Positions 10,590 through 20,472 of a stretch of DNA of 64,000 nt are shown here, one piece after another. The notes beneath the pieces are model-generated. The model had not been told where the DNA came from. It saw nothing but the letters and a program-made list of their open reading frames with translations, and made no database searches. Within the stretch, counting starts at the first letter, position 1, and each line of letters starts with the position of its first letter. Both the position numbers and the translations under genes were made by a program. The stretch lies in NCBI GenBank assembly GCA_050951765.1, contig JBMNJR010000015.1, positions 159,591-223,590 on the forward strand, read 5' to 3'. Origin of the DNA: a bacterium. GTDB taxonomy: Bacteria; Bacillota; DTU030; JBMNJR01.

Positions 10590-11327
10590 ATGAATGAGGT
10601 TTTTCGGATGGAATACAAATATGGAAAAAATGGGAATTATGAGCACTTTTCCAGTGGTCGGGTGCTATATCATGGCAGTGGGATGACGAACTTTCCGGTG
10701 AGATTGGCACAGGAGATATATGGTAGATGCTTACAATACTTACCTAAAAAGAAAAATATATGTGTATATGATTGTTGCTGTGGTGGGGGATATTTACTTA
10801 CTGTTTTGGGCTTTTTAAATCAAGACACCATTGGGAGAATCATTGGCAGTGATATAAATATGGAATTAATAAATACGGCACAAAAGAATCTATCACTGCT
10901 AAGCATAGAAGGAATAAATAGGCGGATAACGGAGATTGAGCAGATGATAGCTAGTTATCACAAGCAGTCACATGTTGAAGCAAAAAATAGTGCTGTTATA
11001 CTCAAAAGCTTGCTTAAAACCAAGATTGAGACTGAAGTTTTTCAAGCTGACGCAACAAAATATATTAGTATGCAGGTAAAACCGGATATTATTGTTACTG
11101 ATATTCCATATGGTCATATGGTAGCTTGGAGTGGAAATGAAGAAAATGTTATTGATCAGTTATTAGATATGATTTATGAAATTTGCAGTCCAAATACTAT
11201 TATCGGTCTTTGTATGCATAAGAAGCAGAAAGTCAGGAATGAGAAATTTACGCGCTTGGAAAAACAACAAATAGGAAAAAGGCAATTTACAATCTTAAGA
11301 ATAAATCAGTCGAAAAACAATGAATGA
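10590..11327 (+). CDS. putative SAM-dependent N-methyltransferase (motif I DCCCGGGY, motif IV TDIPYG), AT-rich gene
   Basis: Rossmann-fold MTase motifs in order I (VYDCCCGGGYLL), acidic post-I residue (IGSDIN), IV (IIVTDIPYG, DPPY-like); markedly lower GC than its neighbours. Confidence 0.5.
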   Translation: MNEVFRMEYKYGKNGNYEHFSSGRVLYHGSGMTNFPVRLAQEIYGRCLQYLPKKKNICVYDCCCGGGYLLTVLGFLNQDTIGRIIGSDINMELINTAQKNLSLLSIEGINRRITEIEQMIASYHKQSHVEAKNSAVILKSLLKTKIETEVFQADATKYISMQVKPDIIVTDIPYGHMVAWSGNEENVIDQLLDMIYEICSPNTIIGLCMHKKQKVRNEKFTRLEKQQIGKRQFTILRINQSKNNE

Positions 11328-11547
11328 TATTTTAACTACGCAATGTTTGTTCATAACAACGAAGATTTAATTGGGGTTGGCAGTGCGAAACGGATTCCGG
11401 TTCAGCACAAGTGACCGCACAGGCGGCATTATGCCGATGCCAAGTAGTGGAAAAGAATTGAACGTGCCAATACAATTAATGGGGGGGCCATCTCCGAACT
11501 TATCGGTTAGATCAACTTAACCGAGCGGGGAGTGGAAAGCAAAAGGA

Positions 11548-12552
11548 GTGATGTTCATGTTGCTGCGTCAACAAACAGAAGCATTGGAGGAAAAAAATCT
11601 TTCTGCGCGGGCAACACTGAGTAAAGCAACTCGGGGCAGGAGGTATCAAGAAGAGGAGTGTCCGGTGCGGACCGCTTTCCAGCGGGATCGGGACAGGATA
11701 ATTCACTGCAAAGCTTTCCGGAGGCTGAAACATAAGACACAGGTATTTATTGCCCCGGAAGGAGATCATTATCGTACCCGTTTAACCCACACCTTAGAGG
11801 TTTCCCAAATAGCCCGGACCATAGCCCGTTCATTGCGACTTAATGAGGACTTAACGGAGGCTATTGCTATGGGACATGATTTAGGCCACACTCCCTTTGG
11901 CCATTCCGGGGAAGCCGCCCTCAATGAGGTATGTCCTGTAGGGTTTCGGCACAATGAACAAAGCCTGAGGATAGTGGATTACTTGGAAGGAAAGCACGGT
12001 TTGAATCTTACCTGGGAAGTTAGAGACGGTATTTTACATCATTGCGGTGCCCAATCGCCGTCGACATTAGAAGGGCAAATAGTCAGGATTGCAGACCGGG
12101 TTGCCTATATTAATCATGATATTGATGATGTTTTGCGGGCAGGGATACTTAAACAGGAAGATCTGCCCCAGGATTGTCTGCAGGTGTTGGGATATGATCA
12201 CCGGACTAGAATCAGCCGCATGGTTATAGATCTCATTCAATCTAGTTGGGAACAGGATACAATTCAAATGTCAGCAGAGATTACTGCAGCTACACTTAAA
12301 CTTAGAACTTTTCTGTTTGAAAATGTCTATTCCAATCCTTTGGCGAAAGGGGAGGAGGATAAGGCAAAATCACTTTTGCAGCAGTTATATCACTACTATA
12401 TCTTACATCCGGAAGAGTTGGGAACAGAGGTTAAAAGCACTGACCAGTTAGAGCGGAGGGTAGCTGACTATATTGCCGGGATGACGGATCGGTTTGCCAT
12501 TAAGCAATTTAATAATTATTTTGTTCCTGCTGGCTTTAAGGTCTTTTCTTAA
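11548..12552 (+). CDS. dGTP triphosphohydrolase-like HD-domain protein
   Basis: HD motif (HDLGHTPFGH), TRLTHTLEVSQIAR and C-terminal Dgt-like region; conserved position upstream of dnaG in Firmicutes. Confidence 0.8.
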   Translation: MMFMLLRQQTEALEEKNLSARATLSKATRGRRYQEEECPVRTAFQRDRDRIIHCKAFRRLKHKTQVFIAPEGDHYRTRLTHTLEVSQIARTIARSLRLNEDLTEAIAMGHDLGHTPFGHSGEAALNEVCPVGFRHNEQSLRIVDYLEGKHGLNLTWEVRDGILHHCGAQSPSTLEGQIVRIADRVAYINHDIDDVLRAGILKQEDLPQDCLQVLGYDHRTRISRMVIDLIQSSWEQDTIQMSAEITAATLKLRTFLFENVYSNPLAKGEEDKAKSLLQQLYHYYILHPEELGTEVKSTDQLERRVADYIAGMTDRFAIKQFNNYFVPAGFKVFS

Positions 12553-12862
12553 ATAATAGATAAGAAGTGTATTCCCCATTTTTCAGCTTCTTTTATATTT
12601 TGAAACGGTAACAAGGGTTATGCCCTATTATAATTTGTTATACGGCCTGGATTCTGTTTTTTCAGGTACATACAAAATGAATGGTTGCCTTATTTAGGCG
12701 GCGGTCTTTGCTGGATAGCCGCAGAAGTTGTCTTTGCCTCCCAGCTATATAAGGTAATGTGATGGTTTTCCATCCTAATGACATATTTAATAGTTTTGAT
12801 TAATAAACTCTAAAGAAGGTAGTCCTTCACCGCGCTGTGAAAATTTGGGGGAGGGGCAACTT

Positions 12863-13183
12863 ATGAGTAAGGTTGATTGTATTTATTTAATTCCAGAGGA
12901 GTATGACATCGGAGCAGGGTCCGGTGAGGGGAATTTATATCGCTGTTTGGCAGGGGATGTTGTGCTCAAGGAAGCAGATCTTAACCAAGAGTGGGCTTGT
13001 GCCTGGTGTATAATACCGGTCATACTGAATGCAGAACATTGTATTTATTTGGAACCTGCAAAACGGTTTTTTAATCATGGAGAGAGTGTAGTGGTTCTTA
13101 TGTGTAGTCTCAAGGAAATCATGTTATCTGGGATAGAAGAAGATTGTCACGGATGTCCAAATTATATTCGGGCAGCTAAATAA
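12863..13183 (+). CDS. hypothetical Cys-rich small protein
   Basis: ORF with the ATG at 12863; several Cys pairs (CAWC, CHGC); no recognisable family. Confidence 0.35.
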   Translation: MSKVDCIYLIPEEYDIGAGSGEGNLYRCLAGDVVLKEADLNQEWACAWCIIPVILNAEHCIYLEPAKRFFNHGESVVVLMCSLKEIMLSGIEEDCHGCPNYIRAAK

Positions 13184-13411
13184 AGTATAACTGGCCTTAG
13201 CTTGAGAAATACTGATGGGGGTAAGGGGTAAAAAGTCGTTTGTTAAGGGAGGAATTTACTACCGCTGTGCCGAATAATTTAGAGTACTTCCTTATGGTTA
13301 TTGCCCCTGTCTCATTTTTAGGGAGAAGGGGATTTTTATATATTTTTAACCAATAGGAAGGAAAACAAAAACTTACAACGAATAACTTGTTTTTGGGCCA
13401 GGTGATCAAAA

Positions 13412-15226
13412 ATGGAAGGGCTGGTAGAGAGGGTACGGGAGGAAAATGATATTGTTGAAGTCATTGGGGAATATGTTTCCATAAAAAAGCAGGGAAAAAA
13501 TTATATTGGGTTATGTCCTTTTCATCAAGAAAAGACGCCCTCTTTTACCGTATCGCCGGAAAAGCAACTTTTTTATTGTTTTGGTTGCCATGTAGGGGGA
13601 GATATATATAAGTTTGTGCAACTATGGGAGAATACTGATTTTAAAGGAGCGCTGGAGATTCTTGCAAATCGGAAAGGGATATCCCTTAATGATGATAAAT
13701 CTCCTCGGGAACGAAAAATATATCAAGAGCGTAAGATTATTTATCAGGTTTTGAAGATAGCCGCTCAGTACTATTACTGGCAATTGGCTAAGAGTCCCGA
13801 AGGGGCTAAAGCAAGGGAGTATTGCGTACAACGGGGAATTAGAAGTGATATAATTTATCAATTTGGTTTAGGCTATGCTGCGTCTGGATGGGATGACTTA
13901 TTGCGCTTTTTTCGGAAACGAAAAATAATCCCGGAGATTCTTGAAAAAGCAGGATTGGTTTTGCCCGGCAAGGAAGGCGGCCATTATGATCGGTTCCGCC
14001 AGCGCTTAATGTTTCCTATTAGTGACAAAAATGGCAGAGTGGTTGCTTTCGGTGGTCGCGTGCTGGATGATTCTCTGCCCAAGTATATTAATTCACCGGA
14101 AACATCGGTATACAGTAAAGGGAAAAACTTATTCGGTTTTCATCTTGCCCGGGAAGCCATACGCAAAAAAAGATGGGCATTAATGGTAGAAGGATATTTA
14201 GATGCTATTACTCTCTATCAATATGGCTGGCGAAATGTTGTGGCGTCCTTAGGAACCGCTTTGACTGCAGAGCAGGCCCAATTGTTGGCGCGACATGCCC
14301 GGCGTGTGCTGATTGCATATGATGCTGACACTGCCGGCCAAGAGGCCACCTTGCGCAGTTTCCGGCTCTTAAAAGAAGCAGGTTGTCAAGTATTAGTTAT
14401 TTTATTACCTGAAGGGTATGATCCGGATTCTTATGTGAAAGAAAAAGGGAATTCCGCTTTTGCCCAATGCATTAAGACTGCTCTTCCTTTAGTGGAATTT
14501 CAGTTATCTATTTTAGATAAAAAATATGACTGTACTTCTGTGGAAGGAAAGGTGCAAATTATTGCAGCTTTGGTTCCCTTTTTAGTAGCCACTGAAAGCG
14601 TTGTGGAACGAGAGTTATTGGTGCGCCGTTTGTCTGAGCACTTAAGGGTTAGCGAAGAGTCAATTTGGAGCGAAATTAGACGTTTTCGCAGCCAGACTGG
14701 GAAAGCTAAGCAAAACAGGGATAGAATATTGGTAAACAGGTATAATATAGATCAAGGTTTCCACAATCAGCCAATAAACCCAAGTATTAAACCTGCCCAT
14801 TTACAGGCACAAACAATTCTTTTAGGCTTGTGCTTAAATGATAAACAGGCACGGGGAGAAATAATAAAAACATTGTCTTGGGAAGAGTTTGCAGAAGGAG
14901 CTAATCGGGAATTGGCCAAAGCCATATGGCAGTTGCATCAAGAAAGTAAAGATTTCACTCCTGCTGCGGTGTTGGATCGGATAGGGCACGAGGAAGCAAA
15001 AAAAATGGTCGCATGTCTTTCCATACAAGAGGAATCACTGGGGGAGCAAAGGGAAAAAAAATTACAGGATTGCCTGGCGGTATTAAAGAAACATCAGCTG
15101 CAAAAGCAGATTAAGGTAATACAAGCACAAATTATTTCCTCCGAACAGGAAGGGAAAAGTGTCGAAAGGGAGAATTTATTATTAAAGTTAAATGCACTAT
15201 TAAGTGAATTACGAAATTTATCCTGA
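13412..15226 (+). CDS. dnaG: DNA primase
   Basis: zinc-binding domain CPFHQEKTPSF...CFGC; TOPRIM region (EGYLD, AYDAD); dnaG-sigA synteny. Confidence 0.95.
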   Translation: MEGLVERVREENDIVEVIGEYVSIKKQGKNYIGLCPFHQEKTPSFTVSPEKQLFYCFGCHVGGDIYKFVQLWENTDFKGALEILANRKGISLNDDKSPRERKIYQERKIIYQVLKIAAQYYYWQLAKSPEGAKAREYCVQRGIRSDIIYQFGLGYAASGWDDLLRFFRKRKIIPEILEKAGLVLPGKEGGHYDRFRQRLMFPISDKNGRVVAFGGRVLDDSLPKYINSPETSVYSKGKNLFGFHLAREAIRKKRWALMVEGYLDAITLYQYGWRNVVASLGTALTAEQAQLLARHARRVLIAYDADTAGQEATLRSFRLLKEAGCQVLVILLPEGYDPDSYVKEKGNSAFAQCIKTALPLVEFQLSILDKKYDCTSVEGKVQIIAALVPFLVATESVVERELLVRRLSEHLRVSEESIWSEIRRFRSQTGKAKQNRDRILVNRYNIDQGFHNQPINPSIKPAHLQAQTILLGLCLNDKQARGEIIKTLSWEEFAEGANRELAKAIWQLHQESKDFTPAAVLDRIGHEEAKKMVACLSIQEESLGEQREKKLQDCLAVLKKHQLQKQIKVIQAQIISSEQEGKSVERENLLLKLNALLSELRNLS

Positions 15227-15274
15227 TAGAAAGGATGAAGCGTTGAATTGGTGAAAGGAAGGGGGGAAGTTGCA

Positions 15275-16360
15275 GTGGCTAAAAAGGATCAACTACCAAA
15301 GTTAGATACTTTAGATGCTCTATTTGTTAAAGGGAAGAAAAGGGGCCTTTTGACTTATAGTGAAATTATGGATTCATTACAAGAAATAGAATTAGATCCG
15401 GAACAAATTGATCACCTTTATGAAGCATTGGCTGAAATGGGCATTGAAGTTGTAGATGAAGAAGGAGAGCAGAGCGAAACAGAGGATGGAAGCCCGGAGG
15501 AAACTATTGATATTAGTGTCCCGGAAGGGATTGCCATAGATGATCCGGTCCGTATGTATTTGAAGGAAATAGGCCGGGTACCGTTATTGACAGCGGCAGA
15601 AGAAGTTGAATTGGCTAAAAGAATGGAATTAGGTGATGAAAACGCAAAGCGACGGTTGGCGGAAGCAAATTTAAGGTTGGTTGTCAGTATTGCTAAGCGT
15701 TATGTTGGACGAGGTATGCTTTTTTTGGATTTGATCCAAGAGGGTAATTTAGGCCTGCTGAAAGCGGTAGAAAAATTTGATTATCAAAAAGGCTTTAAAT
15801 TCAGCACCTACGCAACATGGTGGATTCGGCAGGCCATAACTAGAGCCATAGCGGATCAGGCCAGGACTATTCGCATTCCTGTTCATATGGTAGAGACCAT
15901 TAATAAACTTGTGCGTGTTTCACGGCAGCTACTGCAAGAGTTAGGTCGGGACCCCACGCCGGAAGAAATTGCCGATGAGATGGGTATTAGTGAGGAAAAA
16001 GTCCGGGAGATCATGAAGATTGCCCAGGAACCGGTGTCATTGGAGACTCCCATTGGGGAGGAAGAAGATAGTCACTTAGGGGATTTTATTGAAGATCAAG
16101 ATGTCCTATCACCGGCAGACGCTGCTTCCTTTACCCTTTTGCGCGAACAATTGGAAAGTGTTTTGGAAACTTTAACTCCACGGGAGAAGAAGGTTCTGCG
16201 CTTGCGTTTTGGTATTGATGACGGCAGAGCCCGTACTCTGGAAGAGGTGGGACAGGTCTTTGGTGTTACCAGGGAGCGGATTCGGCAGATTGAAGCAAAG
16301 GCATTGCGGAAACTGCGGCATCCCAGTCGGAGTAAAAAGTTAAAAGACTTTTTGGAATAA
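15275..16360 (+). CDS. sigA: RNA polymerase primary sigma factor SigA (RpoD)
   Basis: regions 1.2-4 (region 2.4 and -10-recognition motif [19 protein letters not shown]; region 4 VLRLRFGI...TLEEVG); GTG at 15275 preceded by GGAAGGGGGGAAG. Confidence 0.95.
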   Translation: MAKKDQLPKLDTLDALFVKGKKRGLLTYSEIMDSLQEIELDPEQIDHLYEALAEMGIEVVDEEGEQSETEDGSPEETIDISVPEGIAIDDPVRMYLKEIGRVPLLTAAEEVELAKRMELGDENAKRRLAEANLRLVVSIAKRYVGRGMLFLDLIQEGNLGLLKAVEKFDYQKGFKFSTYATWWIRQAITRAIADQARTIRIPVHMVETINKLVRVSRQLLQELGRDPTPEEIADEMGISEEKVREIMKIAQEPVSLETPIGEEEDSHLGDFIEDQDVLSPADAASFTLLREQLESVLETLTPREKKVLRLRFGIDDGRARTLEEVGQVFGVTRERIRQIEAKALRKLRHPSRSKKLKDFLE

Positions 16361-16431
16361 ACTAAGGCAGTGGAGCGGTGTATCCCTGCCTTTTGTTATG
16401 CGTTATCGGAGGAAAAACTAGGGGGTTCTGT

Positions 16432-17127
16432 ATGAAAATTTCTTTACGCTTGCTGCAAATAGTCAAATTTATACCTAGAGGGAAAGTGGTTGCCGATATA
16501 GGCACTGATCACGCTTATTTACCCCTGTATTTGATAAGCCAAGGATTATGCCCGTATGTTATTGCCAGCGAGGTCAATGAAAAGCCTTATGTCAATGCTT
16601 GCGCAATGGTAGAGCAAAGTGGTGCCGGAGAACGAATACAATTAAGGCTGGGCGATGGGTTTGCAGTTTTAGAGCCTGGGGAGGTGGAAGTAGCGGTTAT
16701 AGCCGGTGTAGGGGGTAGGACGATAATTAATATTTTGCGAGCACAGCCATTGGTAACGGAATCAATTAGTCGTTTTATTTTCCAACCGGTAACGGAAATC
16801 GAAGAACTACGGCTGTGGTTAAGCCGTCACTATTTTGCCATTATCGATGCTGCATTGGTTGCTGATGGGGGGCATATATATCAAGTAATTGTGGCTGAAC
16901 ATGGCGTGGAACCGAACGCTTCCGAGATTTTATTAGTTACCGGACCATGTTTGGTCGCAAAAAAAGATCCATTATTACCGGCATATTTAAGTAGGTTGCG
17001 GCAAAAGGAGCAGGAAATACTAGCTGAGATAGAAAGGACAGCAATCTGGACCCCCGAAAATTGGCAAAGGATGCGGTACCTGAAAACAAGATTAAGTAAG
17101 TTGAAGGAGATTGAAGCATGCCTGTAA
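16432..17127 (+). CDS. trmK: tRNA (adenine22-N1)-methyltransferase
   Basis: MKISLRL...VADIGTDHAYLP signature of the TrmK/YqfN family; the sigA-trmK-nif3 order is conserved in Firmicutes. Confidence 0.8.
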   Translation: MKISLRLLQIVKFIPRGKVVADIGTDHAYLPLYLISQGLCPYVIASEVNEKPYVNACAMVEQSGAGERIQLRLGDGFAVLEPGEVEVAVIAGVGGRTIINILRAQPLVTESISRFIFQPVTEIEELRLWLSRHYFAIIDAALVADGGHIYQVIVAEHGVEPNASEILLVTGPCLVAKKDPLLPAYLSRLRQKEQEILAEIERTAIWTPENWQRMRYLKTRLSKLKEIEACL

Positions 17128-18230
17128 GAGCAGTGGATATTGCTAAGTTAATGGGAAAATGGGCTCCCTTATCCCTGGCAGCAAAATGGGATAATGTGGG
17201 GTTGCAAATCGGTGATCCTAACCGGATCGTAAGGAGAATATTGGTGGCTCTGGACGTGGATGCTAACGCTGTGGCAGCGGCGAAAAGCATAGGGGCGGAG
17301 ATGATCGTAGCCCATCATCCGCTGATCTTTCAGCCGCTGACCAACTTGCGCTATGATCGGCCGCAAGGGGCTTTACTGGCCGAGATAATCCAAGAAAAAT
17401 TGGTCGTATATTGCGCCCATACAAATTTGGATCAAGCCTGGGGCGGTACTGACGATCTATTGGCAAAAAAAATCGGACTTACAGAGGTAGATATTCTGCA
17501 TCCTACAGGCAAAGAAGAACTTTATAAGCTGGTTGTTTTTGTACCACAGGAATATGAAGCGCAGGTTCGGTCTGCACTGGGCGATGCCGGAGCCGGGTGG
17601 ATAGGAAACTACAGCCATTGTACATTCCGGGTGTCCGGTACCGGAACCTTTCAGCCGCAAGTGGGCAGTCAACCTTTTATCGGTACAACCGGTAAATTGG
17701 AACAGGTATCGGAGTATCGTTTGGAAACTGTTACTACTGCGAAGCTTTTGCCCCAGGTGCTGGAAGCTATGTTTGCAGCCCACCCTTACGAAGAGGTGGC
17801 TTATGATCTTTTTCGCATGGAACAGGGAGGTAAGGTTTGGGGTTTTGGACGGATTGGAAGGCTTGTTGCTCCTTTATCATTGGATGATTTTGCCGGTAAA
17901 ATTAAAGCGGATTTAGGTCTTGATTATTTACGGGTATCTGGAAATCCGGGACAGCAGATAATGAAGGTGGCTGTGTGTGGGGGAAGCGGCAGTTCTTTTT
18001 TTGCCCAGGCCGGCGAACAGGGAGCAGATGTATTGGTTACGGGAGATATAAAATATCATGATGCAGCCGCCGCAGCAGCCGCAGGATTAGCGGTTATTGA
18101 CGCCGGCCATCAAGGGACGGAACAATTGATAGTAGATGCTATTAAAGAATATCTGCACCAAGGTTTAGCGGATGATGGTACAGTTGAGGTATATTGTCAT
18201 CATCCACAGCAGCTTTTTTGGATAAAGTAG
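17118..18230 (+). CDS. Nif3-family dinuclear metal-centre protein (GTP cyclohydrolase 1 type 2 homologue, YqfO)
   Basis: NIF3 N-terminus (WDNVGLQIGD, AHHPLIF) and central PII-like insertion; overlaps the trmK end by 10 nt. Confidence 0.85.
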   Translation: MPVRAVDIAKLMGKWAPLSLAAKWDNVGLQIGDPNRIVRRILVALDVDANAVAAAKSIGAEMIVAHHPLIFQPLTNLRYDRPQGALLAEIIQEKLVVYCAHTNLDQAWGGTDDLLAKKIGLTEVDILHPTGKEELYKLVVFVPQEYEAQVRSALGDAGAGWIGNYSHCTFRVSGTGTFQPQVGSQPFIGTTGKLEQVSEYRLETVTTAKLLPQVLEAMFAAHPYEEVAYDLFRMEQGGKVWGFGRIGRLVAPLSLDDFAGKIKADLGLDYLRVSGNPGQQIMKVAVCGGSGSSFFAQAGEQGADVLVTGDIKYHDAAAAAAAGLAVIDAGHQGTEQLIVDAIKEYLHQGLADDGTVEVYCHHPQQLFWIK

Positions 18231-18283
18231 GCAGGCATTGGATTGGCCTGTCTTTTATTTTATGAAAAAATGGGGGTGGGAAC

Positions 18284-19015
18284 ATGATAGGAAATGTAGG
18301 CAATATTGGGTTTTTGTGGCAGTTACAAAATCTCGATTTGGAGCAGTTAAATCTGTATCGTAAATTACAGAATATGGAAGTTTTACAATTAATTAATAAA
18401 TTGGAACTGGAATTAGCGAAGGAACAAACAACTTTAGTCCAGATTGTGCAAAAAGTAGAGGATACCAATAAACGATTGAAACGACGGGAAATGGAATTAG
18501 CTACAAAGAAGGAGCAAAAAAAACAATTGCAGGATCGACTTTATAGCGGTCAGGTGACCAATGCAAAAGAATTAAGTCAGATTCAACAAAAGCTGGGTCA
18601 TCTAGAAGAGCAGGAAACAGTATTAGAGGAAGAAATATTAAGATTAATGTTTACACAGGAAGAATTGGAGAAGGAACATGAGCTGATCAACCTTAGTATA
18701 GGCAAGATAGAGGATGAATTAAAAGATAATAACCAATCCTATATGCTGCAGGTGGAAGAGATAAAAATGAAGCTGGAGGAGATTCAGCCATTAAAAGAGG
18801 AATTGCATGCAAAAGTGGATCATAAAATCCTTCAACTCTACCGAGAACTTAAAAGCAAGAAAGGTGGTAGGGCGGTTGCGGCAGTGCGCGGTGATTTATG
18901 TTTAGGTTGCCGCATATCTATCCCGGTTAATTTAGTGAGCCAGATTATTCGTAATAACCGGTTGCAGACCTGCCCCAATTGTGGTAGAATCCTTTATTAC
19001 GAAGGCACGAAATAA
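18284..19015 (+). CDS. coiled-coil protein with C-terminal C4 zinc ribbon (COG1579/DUF164)
   Basis: long heptad-rich region and C-terminal CLGC...CPNC zinc ribbon; usual neighbour of nif3. Confidence 0.75.
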   Translation: MIGNVGNIGFLWQLQNLDLEQLNLYRKLQNMEVLQLINKLELELAKEQTTLVQIVQKVEDTNKRLKRREMELATKKEQKKQLQDRLYSGQVTNAKELSQIQQKLGHLEEQETVLEEEILRLMFTQEELEKEHELINLSIGKIEDELKDNNQSYMLQVEEIKMKLEEIQPLKEELHAKVDHKILQLYRELKSKKGGRAVAAVRGDLCLGCRISIPVNLVSQIIRNNRLQTCPNCGRILYYEGTK

Positions 19016-19041
19016 AATGCATATGAAGGAGAAGGGATAGT

Positions 19042-19452
19042 GTGGAATTAATAAAATTGTTTACCGATGGGGCAGCGCGAGGTAATCCGGGACCGGCGGG
19101 AATTGGCGTGGCTATTATTGGCCATACAGGTTCAGTTGTGGTAGAGTGTAGTGAATACATCGGCGAAACCACAAATAATATTGCCGAATACAGAGCTTTT
19201 ATCCGAGGTCTACAAGAAGCAACGGCTCTTTCGCCCGCCGAGGTACACGCTTTTTGTGACAGCCAATTGTTGGTGAGGCAGGTTAAGGGGGAATATAAGG
19301 TGCGGCATGAGAACCTAATCCCCCTTTATCAAGAGGCATTAGCTTTAATAAGGCAGTTGCCGCGATTTCAAATAACCTATATTCCCCGTTCGGAGAATAA
19401 ATATGCTGATGCTCTCGCCAATCAAGGCATTGATAGTCATCAGTGTCAGTGA
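19042..19452 (+). CDS. ribonuclease H-family protein (RNase HI-like)
   Basis: LFTDGAARGNPGPAGIGV...NNIAEYRAF...YIPRSENKYADALAN: catalytic D, E, D, D pattern of the RNase H fold. Confidence 0.8.
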   Translation: MELIKLFTDGAARGNPGPAGIGVAIIGHTGSVVVECSEYIGETTNNIAEYRAFIRGLQEATALSPAEVHAFCDSQLLVRQVKGEYKVRHENLIPLYQEALALIRQLPRFQITYIPRSENKYADALANQGIDSHQCQ

Positions 19453-19483
19453 AATGTTGTGCCGATAACCAGGAGGGGAGAAT

Positions 19484-19645
19484 ATGAGTATAAACAAAAC
19501 AAGGGGTTTTCTTTATCAAATGGCCCGCTTGTTGGGAGATTTACAAGCCATAGCCAGCGGTGATTCTGGTAAAATAAGAAGAAGAATAGCAAGGCGGGTT
19601 GCCGGGAAGGCAACCGGCAGGGCTTTAAGGAAATTATTTAAGTAA
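19484..19645 (+). CDS. hypothetical small basic protein (53 aa)
   Basis: ATG with AGGAGGGG RBS 7 nt upstream; clean 53-codon ORF MSINKTRGFLYQMARLLGDLQAIASGDSGKIRRRIARRVAGK...; not in the ORF track (<60 aa). Confidence 0.35.
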   Translation: MSINKTRGFLYQMARLLGDLQAIASGDSGKIRRRIARRVAGKATGRALRKLFK

Positions 19646-19730
19646 GATTATGACCGATTAAGTTTATCGAGATTCTGTATTTGAGAGCCTTGCACCAAGA
19701 ATAGGGTTTTGGCAAAGGGAAATATTATCA

Positions 19731-19759
19731 TTGACATCAGTAAGGGACGAGAGTATAAT
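19731..19759 (+). promoter_or_regulatory. consensus sigma-A promoter (TTGACA-17 nt-TATAAT) for rnpB
   Basis: perfect -35 at 19731-19736 and -10 at 19754-19759 with 17-nt spacer, about 28 nt upstream of the predicted RNase P RNA 5' end. Confidence 0.6.
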
Positions 19760-19786
19760 AAAAATCCGGGTTAAAAACTTAGAAAA

Positions 19787-20140
19787 GTGAGTAGGCCGGA
19801 TGACCGCAGGAACAAGTGCTGAAAAGCCGTTCTTGAGGAAAGTCCGAGCTCCACAGGGCAGGATGCTGGATAACGTCCAGTGGGGGTAACCCTAAGGCTA
19901 GTGCCACAGAAATAAACCGCCTGGTATTACATATCAGGCAAGGGTGGAACGGTGAGGTAAGAGCTCACCAGCAGTTAGGCGACTAACTGGCTAGGTAAAC
20001 CCCATCCGGAGCAAGACCGAATAGGAGAAGGAGGAAGTTGCCCGCTGACTTCTCGGGTTAGGTCGCTTGAGGTGTCAGGTAACTGGCATCCCAGATAGAT
20101 GGTCATCTAAGACAGGACTCGGCTTACAGGTCTACTCATT
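19787..20140 (+). ncRNA. rnpB: RNase P RNA, bacterial type A
   Basis: universally conserved P4 strand AGGAAAGTCCGAGCTCCACAGGGCAGG; GGTAAGAGCTCACCAG (P10/11 region), ACAGAAATAAACCGCC, GAATAGGAGAAGG...; P1 pairing GAGTAGGCC / GGTCTACTC at the termini. Confidence 0.85.
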
Positions 20141-20165
20141 TATAGTACTCAATTAATAATAATAC

Positions 20166-20241
20166 GGGGCATTAGTTCAGTTGGGAGAACGCTTGACTGG
20201 CAGTCAAGAGGGCAGCGGTTCGAGTCCGCTATGCTCCACCA
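20166..20241 (+). tRNA. tRNA-Ala (anticodon GGC), CCA encoded
   Basis: cloverleaf read by hand: acceptor GGGGCAT/ATGCTCC with the G3:U70 alanine identity pair, D-arm GTTC..GAAC, anticodon loop CTGGCAG (GGC), T-arm AGCGGTTCGAGTCCGCT, 3' ACCA. Confidence 0.9.
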
Positions 20242-20472
20242 AATAATTTACGGAAACTCCCTGCAATCTTAAACGGTTGCCGGGGGTTTTTCTTTTTGTG
20301 CCAAAGCCGTCTAAAATCATTGAAATTTGGGTGGTTATTATGTTTTTTGAGATTATTGTTAGAAGGATTTTGTTTTGCCTTGTCCCAATTTTGCATGTTT
20401 AAAATCATCCGCAAGTTGTGAATAAAATATCACTTATTAAAACAATATTAGATTAAAAAGTGAGGTGGTGTC

